From NCBI RefSeq assembly GCF_006345805.1, contig NC_043006.1:50158001-50222000 (forward strand): 64,000 nucleotides of DNA, given 5' to 3'. The position numbers and the translations under genes are program-made. Origin of the DNA: Octopus sinensis (lineage: Eukaryota). This document shows positions 38,561-51,355 of this stretch, in pieces. The notes beneath the pieces are model-generated. The model saw only the letters and a program-made list of their open reading frames with translations. It was not told where the DNA came from and searched no databases. The first letter of the stretch is position 1. The number at the start of each line of letters is the position of its first letter.

Positions 38561-39352
38561 TAGCATTTCACCCTGCCTGAAAAATTTGCCGTCGGTAGTG
38601 TATTAATTTTGAAGGAACAAATTTTCTATTACAATGTACCTTTCATCAAAATATTTATGACGGATAATCATAGCTTTAAGATATTCACTGTTTATGGTTA
38701 TTCAGTATTTATCTTATACATGGTCATTATGCAAGAATTACGCATTGATACCATCTGGGTCATGACATTAATGTCTGTAATAATATTTTCTTCACTACAT
38801 TAAATATATTCTATATTTTTATGAAACTTTTAATCTACTATTAAATTCTACTAGTTTCTATCATTCAAGCTCTTAGATAAAAGCGTGCGACTCATTCTAC
38901 TGTCATTAGATAGTATTGTGGTTTTAATCATATGTTTCTATTAAGTAGAGGCGTTTTGCTTACTAGTATTGGGTATTTAAGCCTGTTTTACACCTAAAGT
39001 TAATCTCTAAATGATATACTGCGTCTATTTGATACTGTTGTCTTCTAACATTCTGTATCAACTCATTGTTTATTAAAATCACACGTTACAGAAAAGAATT
39101 AATAAACTATGGTGTCAAATTTCGTTTTGTACATTGTTTACTTATTCAATGAATCTTATGCTGATATTAAATATTTACGCTGTTTATATAATACCTAAAA
39201 CTATTAATGATATATCATGTCGTTTCATATGCATCGTCAATTTTATAGGAAACCTCTATGTAATCAGTGGACCTGCTAGAAAGATTCAACCAAATCTCCC
39301 GCAAATTACACCCACAGTATTAAATAACGTAGTGAACAATGTAGTCCTTGTT

Positions 39353-39400
<48 letters not shown>

Positions 39401-39402
<2 letters not shown>

Positions 39403-39550
39403 TTTACTCTCTTTTACTTGTTTCAGTCATTTGACTGTGACCATACTGGAGCACCACCTTTAGTCGATCAAATCAACCCCAAGACTTATTCTTTGTAAGC
39501 CTAGTACTTATTCTATCGGTCTCTTTTGCCGAACCGCTTAGTTACGGGGA
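39401..39550 (-). mobile_element. SINE family A, 3' part
   Basis: Matches the family tail (TTTTACTTGTTTCAGTCATTTGACTG...AGTTACGGGG). Confidence 0.85.
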
Positions 39551-39559
39551 TCGACCACC

Positions 39560-40054
39560 CAAAAGAAACAGACAAACCTCCTTTCAATTCATAACCTACT
39601 GCCTTAAAAGAAAACAGAAGGCAACACTGGATAATATAATATTGGATATACAATATGGTGAGTTAATCAATGCTAGAACATATTCGACAGTAGCTATACA
39701 TGATCAGACTTGCGGAAGGAATAAAATAGAACAAAAACATTAATCAAGAGACAAATTCATACTCTACATAAGGTTGCTCATTCACCGGCAACTGTTGCTA
39801 TTATAGAAGGTAATAAAACAAGGAAAACGAATTTTAGCCTGACTTGGATTGATTACCGAAAAGCAACTGATAGTTTACCACGCTCGTGGATATTGGAAGC
39901 TCTCTATATAAACAAATCAGTTACAGAATTAACCTGTTATATAAACCACGTCGTGTCAATATGGAAAGGCAGCCATACTTCTAAAAGGAAATGAGAAGAT
40001 GGTTGAAACCAGCTCATAACTGTGAGAAAATATTTCTGAGATATTCGTTAATCC
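39560..40054 (+). pseudogene. R4/Dong-clade RT relic
   Basis: TWIDYRKATDSLPRSWILEAL (~39842-39905; cf. AWIDYKKAYDSVPHSWI) and a decayed IFQGDSLSP-like segment at the junction with the Penelope element. Confidence 0.7.
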
Positions 40055-43000
40055 CGTTGTCGCTGCTGCTGTCCTAGGACCCCAAAATTTGGTACAGTTC
40101 CTGTATCTGTCTGTGTTTGTGTGTTCGCCCACGGTGACGTCATCGTGGTAGTAGTTGTTGCTGTTATTGCCATCGTTGTCACTGCTGTTGCTGTTGTCGT
40201 TGTTAGTCTTGCTGTTGATACTGTTGCGGTCGTCTGTGAAGTTATTTTGTGTGTGTTTGTGTGTGTATATGGGTTCGCTTCTGTTCTTTGTATCCATGCC
40301 CTTTATATAAATTTATTTATTTATTTTTTATCTATCTCTATTTCTAATATTTATCACGGGTATGTGACAAATATATTTATTTTTATTTATTTATTTTTAC
40401 TTATCTATCTCTATTTCTTATATGAATCAGAGGTATGTGCATTGTGTGTATTACCCTGTTTATATCTGTGTTTTATTTATTATTATTTTTTCCCTCTCTC
40501 TTCTCTTCCCTTCTGTCTTTAATCATGCTGTGTTGTGTGGTGGTGGGTGTTGTTCCATTCGTGTTTTCTATTGAAGCTCGGTCTGTCTACTGCTATATGT
40601 GTAGCCTCTGTGATCTCTCTAAGCTTCGTGTCAGTTCTATGCGTCGATATTACTTTAACCTCTATGCTATTAATCGAGCCTCCATATTCTGCTTGAGCAT
40701 GTTGGGAGAGCACTGACGAGCCTTTCTCTTCTTTGAGTTCTCGCCAGTGTTCACCTATACTCCCCTCTATACTGCGTGCAGTCTCTCCAATGTAAGTAGT
40801 TATGATGTGTCTGCACCGTCCCTCAGTACATTGTAAGCTATACACTATATTCTTAACCTTACAGTTAACCCGTGGGTTCATCCTACATACAACGCAATTG
40901 TTCTCCGTACATGGGGACTTATCAAAGGGATAGGTTCTACGGATCAGGGATTTTATAGGGGCACCAGGCATTTTTACTACTTTAATCCGTAGATTAGCCT
41001 GACTAAATGTTTTTCTAAAATGGTATGCTAGTTTGCCGTCAGGAGTAGCACCGACGAACATGACGCGCTAGTATTTTTTGTTGTCATATCAAGACTTGCC
41101 CCTAACTTATCTTATTTTTGGTCCTTTCAGAGCTGTTCCAGGATTTACTCCTGTACAGGAAGCAGATCACTTTAGCATCACTCTCTGTGATGGCTTTGTA
41201 CTTAGTCCTGGCTCATTTGCACACTCTAGTCCTGTCACTTTGATTGTAGCTAGAGAACTGCATGTGATAGATGAAGTGTCGTAAGTGTCTTCCCAATTCT
41301 GTAGGGTCGCACATGCGAGACACATTCCTCATCACTCTCAGCTATAAGAATGTTGAACTTGGCGTTGTCCGCAATAGCTGTGTTCTTGTGAACAAGATAC
41401 TTAGAGGCCATGTGTTTGGCATAATGAGAGTGAATGATCTGATCTTACCATCTTCGTTTCTAGCCAGAGTTCTGGGTCTAAAACGAGTAACCTATAGTTT
41501 GAGTGCTTACAATGGTGGTCTATCATTATTTCTATATTCTGGTGGATGGAGTTAGCTATTTGCTGGATGCTCTCCATAGTGTTAGCCTCTAGATCATCAA
41601 CATTGTCTTGGGGCTTTGGCTACTATGCTGATATCATCCACATAGGGGAGTACATGGTTAGCTTTATGGAGTTCTCTTCTAAATTCTCTTTGAGTATCCT
41701 ATCCCATGATACCATAAATAGGTTAGCCACATCGCCAGCGCTACTGACACCGATGGCTGCACCTTCCTCTTGGGCGTATATCTTTTTATTAAACTTAAAT
41801 ATATGGCCCTTGAGTGTGGTCTTGGTACTCGCACCCACCGCATGTGCGACCATCTTTTAAACCTGATCATTGATTACGGGGGTCCGTATAGCTCTGGTCC
41901 ACCCCTTCTACTTCTCTTTAGGGGTCTTATTGGCCATAGAAGTTATGGTAGTGGGGGTCTACCTCGTATAGAACAACTAAAGTCATGTTTATATAAGTAA
42001 TCATTGTTGCATGTCAGTCTCAGGAGGAGGCCTAGTTCTTCTGTGTCAACACTACAAAACTCCACATCGCTCTCGCTGATTACTTCGACACATTTCTCCA
42101 TAGCAAAATCAACATCAATGGACGGGTATAGGAATGCTACGTCGATACTGCCTATTATGCATCCCGCCAGGTCGCTGGCGTGGTTGCACTCATTCTTCTG
42201 AGGAGGTTCACCATGCTATCATACACTCCTAGGGACAATTTTATCAGAGGGCGTATGATCATAGAGAGGAAGCAGGAGATCCGGTAGGTGTTGGCAACAT
42301 TGGCTCCACAGACTGGTTTCGTTGGTGGTCTTATCACTGGGTCACTGTCCATCTTATGGTCCTTGCGCAGTCCATATAGTGCCGGGATGTCGTTATTAGT
42401 GACCCGGAAGTTGTTGGCCGTGCACTTTTTTGCCTCTAGGATGTTTAACTACATCATCATACTCTCGTATCGTTGTTTCCCTCATATCGGTGATGTGGGG
42501 TTGCATCACCTGGATGTAAACTGTTGTTTATACCTCGTGCATGTGGATTTTTCGTTGAAGTATTTATCGCATTTGCGTCTGACATAAATGCTTTCTTCGT
42601 GTATGATGTCCATTAAGGTTGTTCTCTCTGTTGGTGAGGCGATGTATTTTACCTCCTGTAGTAACATGCGTTTGCGTTTTTCTAGTTGGCTTAGACCTGA
42701 AAAAATAAAATAAAACACAGACGCAAACAGGGTGATACACACACAGAAGACATGCACATACCTGTGATACGTATAAGAAATAGAGATAGATTAATAATAT
42801 AATCAATAAATATGTTACATACCCGTGATAAATATAAGAAAAAGAGATAGATTAAAAAATGAAAAAATAATCTATATAAAAGGCATGGATACAAACAACA
42901 TAAGAAGCGAACTAATATACTCACACAATAACTTCGCAGACGGCCGCAACAGTATCAACAACACGACTAACAACGACAGCAGCAGCGGCGGTGACAACGA

Positions 43001-43115
43001 TGGCAATAACAGCAACAACTACTACCACGATGACAGCACCGTGTGCGAACACACAAACACAGACAGATACAGGAACTGTACCAAATTTTGGGGTCCTGGG
43101 ACAGCAGCGACAACG
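40055..43115 (-). mobile_element. Penelope-like element (RT plus GIY-YIG) with about 430-bp inverted terminal repeats, decayed
   Basis: Minus strand: IPALYGLRKDHK (~42350-42385), SIDVAFLYPSI (~42115-42148), YAQEEGAAIG, YVDDIS (~41627-41644), and NIVYSLQC...YIGETARS...EH (ORF 40519-41061). 40055-40490 is an inverted repeat of 42700-43115. Confidence 0.9.
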
Positions 43116-43884
43116 TAGGGGGGTGAGGCGAGGATGGGACTGAGGTGAAGGTTATCGTGCTACTAAGAACAATGACACACACAAGCACACACACACACAT
43201 ACACACACATGCACAAACACGGACGCAAACGCATGCGCACAAAAGGATACACATCATAGAAGAGAAGAATGAAACAAGTGGAGCAAGAACACACACAAAG
43301 ACGAAAAGTGTTACTGAAGAGGTCACAGATGTGTGACGAAAGATTTCCGGACAATTAACATGAGTTAGAATAAGAATAGTAATAAACGAGTGAAGAACAA
43401 ATCTATAGTGCGTGTGTGTTTATTTGGCAAATAAAAAAGTGACCTTCCCGAAATACAAAAAATAATAATTTATCGAAGAATTTGTAAAATTAAAATTTCA
43501 GTATTTTGCTCAGCCCTGATGCATTTCAACAGGCTCTTGTTCCACTTGCTTCTAGTAGCAATAATATGACGTTGAGTTTTCTCTCTTGGTCTTTTGATTG
43601 GTTAACTCCAACAACAGCATCCATAGCAGTGACCCTTCGACCAGTATTCCATTAATTTATCGATATGACCATCTGTGCGTCTGTACGCTGTCTTTGATGC
43701 AAGTAACTAAGGACATTATTTTTTTCTTTTAAAATTTCATTTTTTTCCTCCTTTCATTCTGTATTTTACTTCTAATTTAGCGGTATAGAATAGGGATTTT
43801 GCTATTATAGATATGATGTTTTTTTTTATTAAATGAATTAGACACAGATTATCAATCTATTAACTCCGCCTCCATGACCACGAA

Positions 43885-43889
43885 AATAG

Positions 43890-43929
<40 letters not shown>

Positions 43930-44345
43930 TTAACAACAACAACAGCAACAACAACATCAACTATGACGATGACCACGATAAAAAGGATCACAATTGCAGA
44001 AATGAAAACAAAAGACTGCCATCAAATCACCACCACCACCACCACCACCAACACCACCACCAGCACCACCAGCACCACCATCACCATCACCACCACCGCC
44101 ACTACCACCACCACTACCTTTACCATCATCACTTTTATCACAAAACTCCACCCACCATCAAAATCGCCAACGTAGTCGTTGTCATCACCTCCACCACCAC
44201 CACCACCACCACAACAACAACAACAACAACAACAACAACCACCACCACCACAACCACCAGCACCACCAACACCACCATCACTACCACCACCACCACCACC
44301 ACCACCACCGCCACCACCATCATTCTCATCATCGTCGTCGCTTCC
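43885..44345. repeat. (CAT)n/(CAC)n/(CAA)n low-complexity tract
   Basis: Direct inspection. Confidence 0.9.
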
Positions 44346-44574
44346 TCCACCTCCTCTCCCCTTCTCTCCCTCCTCCACCACCTCCTCATCTTTTTTTTTC
44401 TCTTTCGCTCCCCTCGCTCCCCCACCTCATCATCATTGTGCAAATATCTTTATCTCCGTAATAAAAATGCTAATTAATAGCTTCAGCTAAAGCTATATCT
44501 GCCAGCCAACAACAGCAATAACAGCAGGATCAGTAACAGCCGCAACAACAATAATCATATTTGTATTTAATTAA

Positions 44575-44950
44575 GGCTCAAGGCCAGTAATATTTATTAG
44601 GAGAGGTGTAGTTGATTATATTGACTCCATTATTTGATTGCTATTTTATTCTATGGAACCCAGAAGAATGAAAGATAAAGCTTGAATCTGGTAAGGTCTG
44701 AACGTAGAACGTAAAGAACCGGTAAATATCAGAAATGGTTTCAATTTTTGGCACAGAGCCAATTGTTTTTGAGGGAGAGGAAGTCAATTGCATCGACCCC
44801 AGTACATGACTGGTACTTATTTTATCAACCCCGAAAAAAATGAAACACAAAAATTGACCTTTGGCGGAATTTGAACTCAGAAAGTAAATCAGGAAGAAAT
44901 GCTGCTAATCATTTCACCTGGTGCGGTAACGATTTTGCCAGCTGACTGCC
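44575..44950 (-). mobile_element. SINE family B: one near-complete copy (44725-44950) plus a partial copy
   Basis: Reverse complement aligns to 52712-52900. Confidence 0.75.
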
Positions 44951-44968
44951 AATAATAATAATAATAAA

Positions 44969-44999
<31 letters not shown>

Positions 45000-45077
45000 G
45001 TGGTGGTGATGATGAGGATGATGATGATGAAGATGATAATAATAATAATAATAATATAATAATAATAATAATTAATT

Positions 45078-45190
45078 CGTTTATTGGCCACAAGGGCTAA
45101 CAAAAATCAATTGAAACATAAAGGGACAAAACACAGGACGAAAGTTTTGTCCGTGTACAAAAGCAGGATAACAACCAAATATAAGTAACA
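45078..45190 (-). mobile_element. Short retroelement 3' end ending AGCCCTTGTGGCCAATAAA, embedded in (AAT)n
   Basis: Terminal hairpin plus AATAAA resembling the Tx1 3' end; (AAT)n on both sides. Confidence 0.5.
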
Positions 45191-45192
45191 AT

Positions 45193-45242
<50 letters not shown>

Positions 45243-45244
<2 letters not shown>

Positions 45245-45501
45245 GCTTCAAATTATGCCACAAGGGCAGCAATTTTGTGGAAGGGGTGAGTCGAACACAT
45301 TGATCCCAGTGTTCAACTGGTACTTATTTTACTGATCCCGAAAGGATGAAAGGCAAATACGACATCGGTAGAATTTGAACTCAAAACATAGCGACAGGCA
45401 AAATACCGCTAAACATTTCGCCCGGTATGCTAACGATTCTAACACCAGCTCACCGTCCAAATCATAATAATAACAATAATAATAAAAAATTAAAGATGAT
45501 G

Positions 45502-45566
<65 letters not shown>

Positions 45567-45849
45567 TAATAATAATAATAAGAATAATAATAGCTTCAAA
45601 TTATGCCACAAGGGCAGCAATTTTGTGGAAGGGGTGAGTCGAACACATTGATCCCAGTGTTCAACTGGTACTTATTTTACTGATCCCGAAAGGATGAAAG
45701 GCAAATACGACATCGGTAGAATTTGAACTCAAAACATAGCGACAGGCAAAATACCGCTAAACATTTCGCCCGGTATGCTAACGATTCTAACACCAGCTCA
45801 CCGTCCAAATCATAATAATAACAATAATAATAAAAAATTAAAGATGATG

Positions 45850-45851
<2 letters not shown>
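45243..45851 (-). repeat. 348-bp-period tandem duplication of a SINE family B copy (45243-45503 and 45591-45851)
   Basis: The two units appear identical over about 260 bp and are separated by (AAT)n. Confidence 0.93.
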
Positions 45852-45906
<55 letters not shown>

Positions 45907-45920
45907 TAATAATAATAATA

Positions 45921-46616
45921 GTATAAAAGATGGGCTACAGCAAATATTCTGCTCAATACCACAGATTTGCTTGTCAGTTGTTTGACCATGACCAGTTGAG
46001 CATGTCCCTTAGTGGCTGACGATATGTGCATCTCTGATCACGAGCAGAAGTAGTGGGGGAGCATCAATGCCCTGATGCAGTACCAGGCAGTGGCTCTCAT
46101 GGCTTCTGATCTTAACTGATTGGAAGCGTTATCATGTACATTGTTTTGTCTTGGTATAAAATATGGGCTACAGCAAATATTCTGCTCAATACCACAGATT
46201 TGCTTGTCAGTTGTTTGACCTTGACCAGTTGAGCATGTCCCTTAGTGGCTGACGATATGTGCATCTCTGATCACGAGCAGAAATAGTGGGGGAGGATCAT
46301 AGCCATGTGTTGAGAGGGATTCTTTGGGGTTTGAATAATTCACCTCTGGAGACATGGGTGGTTTTTTCAACATCCTTAAACAACCCTTATTCAGGGACCG
46401 TTTGAGCGGCTACTCAACCTGAAGAAAATTCTAACTGGACCCCACTTGCAAGGTCATGGGCTGTTTATCTTGATATGAGATCACCATGTCAAGCAAATAT
46501 GGTTGTGATTCATGTACTTGGTGTATCTTTATCAGATGGATAGTCATGATGGGTATACCGGGCTTCGTATATTTTACTCCAGTATCACTTTGATGGCATG
46601 CACTGCGCTCTCACTC
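45921..46616 (+). mobile_element. About 560-bp (AAT)n-associated element copy 2, preceded by a 146-bp duplicate of its own interior
   Basis: Core 46067-46616 is the reverse complement of 13058-13613. 45921-46066 repeats 46154-46299 with four mismatches. Confidence 0.85.
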
Positions 46617-46639
46617 AACAACAACAACAACAACAAGAA

Positions 46640-46810
46640 CAATAATCCTTTCTGCTGTAGGTACAAGACCTGAATTTTGGTGGGCAGGGGCTAAGTCGAT
46701 TACAACAAACCCAGTCTGCCACTGGTACTTATTTCATCGACTTCAAAAGAATGAAAGGTAAAGTCTACTGCGGTGGAAATTTGCACGGTGTGCCTTTTGC
46801 TCGGCGTGCG
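46640..46810 (+). mobile_element. SINE family B related fragments
   Basis: Contains family B motifs (AGTCGATT...CTGGTACTTATTT...ATGAAAGG...). Confidence 0.55.
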
Positions 46811-46963
46811 AACGATTCATCTATTACTACTACAATCATCATTGCTATTATCTTTATTACTAGCATTCTCATTTTCTTTAACAGCAGCAGCATCAACGAT
46901 GGCAATAACAACAAGAATGGCAACTATAAACCAGAAGAATAACGATAACGATAACAATAGCAT

Positions 46964-47380
46964 GGACGCAGGAGTGGCTGTGTGGTAAGTAGCTTGCTTA
47001 CCAACCATACGGTTCCGGGTTCATTTCCACTGCGTGGCACCTTGGGCAAGTGTCTTCTACTATAGCCTCGGGCCGACCAAAGCCTTGCGAGTTGATTTGG
47101 TTGATGGAAACTGAAAGAGGCCCGTCGTATATATGTGTATATTATATGCATGTGTATATGCTTGTGTGTCTGTGTTTGCCCCCCCCCACCAACATCGCTT
47201 GACAACCGATGCTGGTGTGTTTACGTCCCCTTAACTTAGCGGTTCGGCAAAAGAGACCGATAGAATAAGTACTAGGCTTACAAAGAATAATTCGTGGGGT
47301 CGATCTGCTCGACTAAAGGCGGTGCTCCAGCATGGCCGCAGTCAAATGACTGAAACAAGTAAAAGAGTAAAGAGTAAAGA
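46964..47380 (+). mobile_element. SINE family A, full length
   Basis: Head GGACGCAGGAGTGGCTGTGTGGTAAG (A-box-like) and GGTTCCGGGTTCATTTCC (B-box-like), CORE-like CCTTGGGCAAGT, and an (AAGAGTA)-type tail. Confidence 0.9.
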
Positions 47381-47509
47381 ATAATAATAATAATAATAGG
47401 AGCAGGTCTGTACAGCAAAAGATTATTATCAAAAACCAAGGAATCTTACTTCGTGCACGCACACACACACACACATACACACACACACACATACACACAC
47501 ACACATACA

Positions 47510-47814
47510 TGTACACACATAGAACAGTCACCACCACCATCGCAACCACCACCACCACAACCACAACCACAACCACCACCACCACCACCACCACCACCAC
47601 CACCACCATCACTACCACCACCACCACCACCACCACCACCACCACAACCATCACCACCACCACCACACCACCACCACCACCACCACCACCACCAACGACA
47701 ACAACAACAACACTGCCAGCATCATCACCATCATTTGCATGGACAATAATCATCAAAACCACCACTGCCATATTCATCTCCCTGCTGTCGCGTTCTCGAA
47801 TTACCATCACCACC

Positions 47815-47845
<31 letters not shown>

Positions 47846-48330
47846 GCTGCAAGAACAACATCAATAACAACATTAGCATGTTCACCATTATTGCTAATTA
47901 ACATAAACTCTAGCATCATAGACGCCACCATCACTTGTAACAAAATATTCACCTTTACTACTACTACTACTACTACTACTACTGTTACTACTACTACAGC
48001 CAACAATAACATCAACAACAACAGCAATAACACCACGTCCGTTCGGCACATTCACCATCGACATCATCATTAGCGTGATCCCCACCCCCACCCCGCCCGC
48101 TACCACCCTCTCTACCACCATCGACATCGTACTATCGTCATCTCTATATTCCTCCTTTGTCCTACTCCTCTGATCCTCTCTCCCCCTCCTCCTCCTCTTC
48201 CTCCTCCTCCTCCTCCTCCTCCTTTTTCTTCTTCTTCTTCTTCTTGTTCTTCTTGTTCTTCTTCTTGTTCTTGTTCTTCTTCTTCTTCTTCTTCTTCTTC
48301 TTCTTCTTCTTCTTCTTCTTCTTCTCATCG
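47510..48330. repeat. (CAC)n/(CTA)n/(CTC)n/(TTC)n low-complexity tract
   Basis: Direct inspection. Confidence 0.9.
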
Positions 48331-48515
48331 TTGTTACACACGTACCAATCAACTGTAATAAAAATGCTAATTAATAGGATTCGGTTAAAAGATATATCTG
48401 ACAGTTATCATCATCAGCAGCAACAACAACAACAACAAATTCGCAAGCTAAAACAATGGTTACGATACCAGCAAACAGATTATTTTCGAAAACAATGAAT
48501 CCTCACATTCGCATG

Positions 48516-48575
<60 letters not shown>

Positions 48576-48959
48576 CTCTCTCACACACACATGCAGAAAA
48601 TGATTCACCCCTCACATTAACAGATTTATCATTTGCATAAGCATTGCCACGGCTACCACCACAGCTATGTTCATCATCGTAATCATCATCACCATCATCA
48701 TCATCATCGTCGTCGTCATCGTCGTCGTCGTCGTGATTATCGCCTTGTGTTTATGTTAGAAATTAGTATTGCTGTTATTGGTTTCATTTCAACTTTCTCA
48801 GAATGGTTTTTATTTCTTTAGCGACGTTCATGCCTTTTAAAGTAAAACATTAAAAGAATAAGTGAAGTGAACTTGTGCCAACTGCGTATTGAAACCGGTT
48901 CGTATTATTATAAGTACTTCGCCAGTAGAGAGGTTCGGTTTTTCCAGGCTTCTCGAAAA

Positions 48960-49320
48960 TCAAGGTAAACTTCTCTCTTTCTTTCTCCGACTAACCTAAC
49001 TGTACTGAGAATGGGGTGTGTGAATGTGCGTGTCCTGGAATCAGCTTGCAAGCAAGGTCACTTGCTCAATGATCTCAGGTCGCTTGATTTAGATGTAGCT
49101 GCCATTAGTGAAACAAGGATCTCCGGAATGCACGCTGTAGCATCCATTTTCGAGAACTACGAGGTATTCTCATCTTGTGGTCTATCGGCAGTGTATGGCC
49201 GTGTTGCAGTGCTACTCCGGAAATCCTTAGATCTCTAAGTTCGGGCTATCTTCCTGGCCCGGATGGTAGGGTGGTGGTCGTGGACGTGAATATCAGCGAA
49301 GGTGGCGCCTTTAGACTCCC
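48960..49320 (+). pseudogene. Diverged Tx1-like endonuclease N-terminal relic, with its upstream spacer
   Basis: MGCVNVRVL...KQGHLLNDL...AAISETR...VAVLLRKSLDL*VR.IF..PDGRVVVVDV aligns with copy 2 ORF2 (IGCVNARGL...KQGYLLNDI...IAISETR...AVLFHKSLDLKVRTIFVDPEGRLVVLDV). Confidence 0.85.
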
Positions 49321-49409
49321 AATGGATCATTCTTGCCACATTGTCATAGCATCTTTTGTATTCGCGTTGTGCCGATTTCGGGCATTTGCTAACGGTGTAT
49401 CCAAAATCC

Positions 49410-50910
49410 CTCTACGCAACCAGGTCTTGCTGCTTTCCAGTTGCTTATCTTTTTACTCAAATTTCTGATACTGTCTTCTGTGAAGCGGATAGCCTCTTGC
49501 TGGGGATAAGAAACTGTTTTGCTTCAGGCTGTAGAGCCATTCAGCTGTAGTATTACGTTGTTTTTGCTTACTCCATATCTTACCGCAGAAAAGTCGATTT
49601 TCATCAGCATCAGGGACTAATCGTTCACGTTTTTTAACATCATTAATCTCTGGGTAAAATCTTTTTTGGTCGGTTCTAAACAATTTGTTTCGCCGGTGTT
49701 GCTTAATCCGTTGTTCAAGCCTAGTTAGCTTTGCTTTTTTTTTTTGCATAAATGCGCTGCTTCTATTCTTCAATTACAACATCCAGGCCTTTTGTATTTA
49801 CACCATGCTTCTTCCTAACTTTTTCGAATTTCCATTCATTCCTATGTTCTCCATTTCTTTTCCTGACAAGTATTGACACTACGCTGTTCAAGTTTATATT
49901 TTCAGAAATTCTTTTTCCCCACGGTTGTTTATTTCCTCTTCTATTTGTCGTTGTTCTATTCTCATTAGTTCTTAATCCCATCCTTTCCGCCACAATCCTA
50001 CTAGAGGCCTTAAAAAGATTATTTGTTAGTGTGATATTCTTTGTTTCAATGTGTTTCAATGGTTAGCCTTAAAGTCGCACATAAATTCTGTCCCTTCTGT
50101 ATTTAATAAATTGAATATTCTGTCTATTATTAATCAATTTTCATTGATTGAATATCCCCTGATCTCAATTATTTCATAATTGTCCATCAATTCCACTCTA
50201 CCACTTTCCTTTCTCGCATGCTCAGTATCATCCGCTATCCTTCTTTTAATAGCTTCTAGCTTCAATTCTGTTAACCATTCATTCTTTCGTATTGCCCTTG
50301 CTTGGTAACATAATCTCTGTTCCGTAATTTCAAACAGTTCCATTGCCTTCCATTCACAGTGCATTCGTTTTCTGTACCTTCTGACAGACACACCATTCGC
50401 ATCCACTTGTGTACACCGGTAGTAGCACTCCATAACCATCATGTTTACTTGTTTACTCCACTTATGTCTTGTACCATGGCTAGCAGTTACTGGATTACGA
50501 CCGAGCCCACCCTGCTGCACAGTGGGGCACCTGCCGAGTGCGGCAACTTTACCATTGGTTCCAGTCCCGTTCACACCGTTATCGCCATCTATTTTGCTTG
50601 GTATTTTCACTCACAAATAAGGTGTGCTTTTAGGTTGCTACCAACCGGTATTTTTATCGAGACACCATCTCTATCAAGGTAGGTCGCCAAGGCGGCAGGG
50701 GTCTGCTCCCTTTGTTTTGAACTCAGAGTGTTCTTTATTGTCATCCAAGGCTAATGAGTACAGCCTACCCGGAGCATACCCGAAGCATACTCGGAACATA
50801 CTTGGAGCACTGGTTATTTGAAGGCGCCAGATACTCGCCTTTCCCAACCTTCTGTTGGTTTCACTGTCAGAGGACAGGTCTTATGCAGGCCATTGAGGGC
50901 ATTTTATAAT
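49410..50910 (-). mobile_element. R4/Dong-clade LINE 5' half (5'UTR and N-terminal region), decayed
   Basis: [17 protein letters not shown]...YRKRMH...[39 protein letters not shown]...QPWGKRI and NKLFRTDQKRFY, all typical of the Dong/R4 N-terminus. Confidence 0.8.
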
Positions 50911-51039
50911 TGATGGGCGCTCAACTACCCTCACCACACCGGCATTGGTAGAAAGTAAAAAATAAAATAAATTAAAATTAAATTAAAATTTAAAAAAATG
51001 AATATGAATAAAAAATATAAGTATAAAAGAGCTAGTGGA

Positions 51040-51076
<37 letters not shown>

Positions 51077-51078
<2 letters not shown>

Positions 51079-51259
51079 CGCAAGAATGACTGTCTGGTAA
51101 GTAGCTTGCTTACCAACTACATGGTTCCTAGTTCAGTCCCACTGCGTAGCACCATGGGCAAGTGTTTTCTATTATAGCCTCGGGTCAACCAAAGCCTTGT
51201 GAGTGGATGTGGTAGACGGAAACTGAAAGAAGCCCGTCGTGTATATATATATATATGTG

Positions 51260-51294
<35 letters not shown>

Positions 51295-51355
51295 TATGTC
51301 GGTGTTTTTTTCCCCCCAACATCGCTTGACAACCGATGCTGGTGTGTTTACGTCT
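51077..51355 (+). mobile_element. SINE family A, 3'-truncated
   Basis: Homology to 46964-47230. Confidence 0.88.

Noticed and set aside
46067-46130. Possible HDV-like or hammerhead ribozyme at the 5' end of the 560-bp element
   Set aside because: No complementary P1 strand and no complete CUGANGA/GAAA pair could be found.
46964-47040. tRNA gene
   Set aside because: These are tRNA-derived SINE heads with A/B-box-like motifs, not complete cloverleafs.
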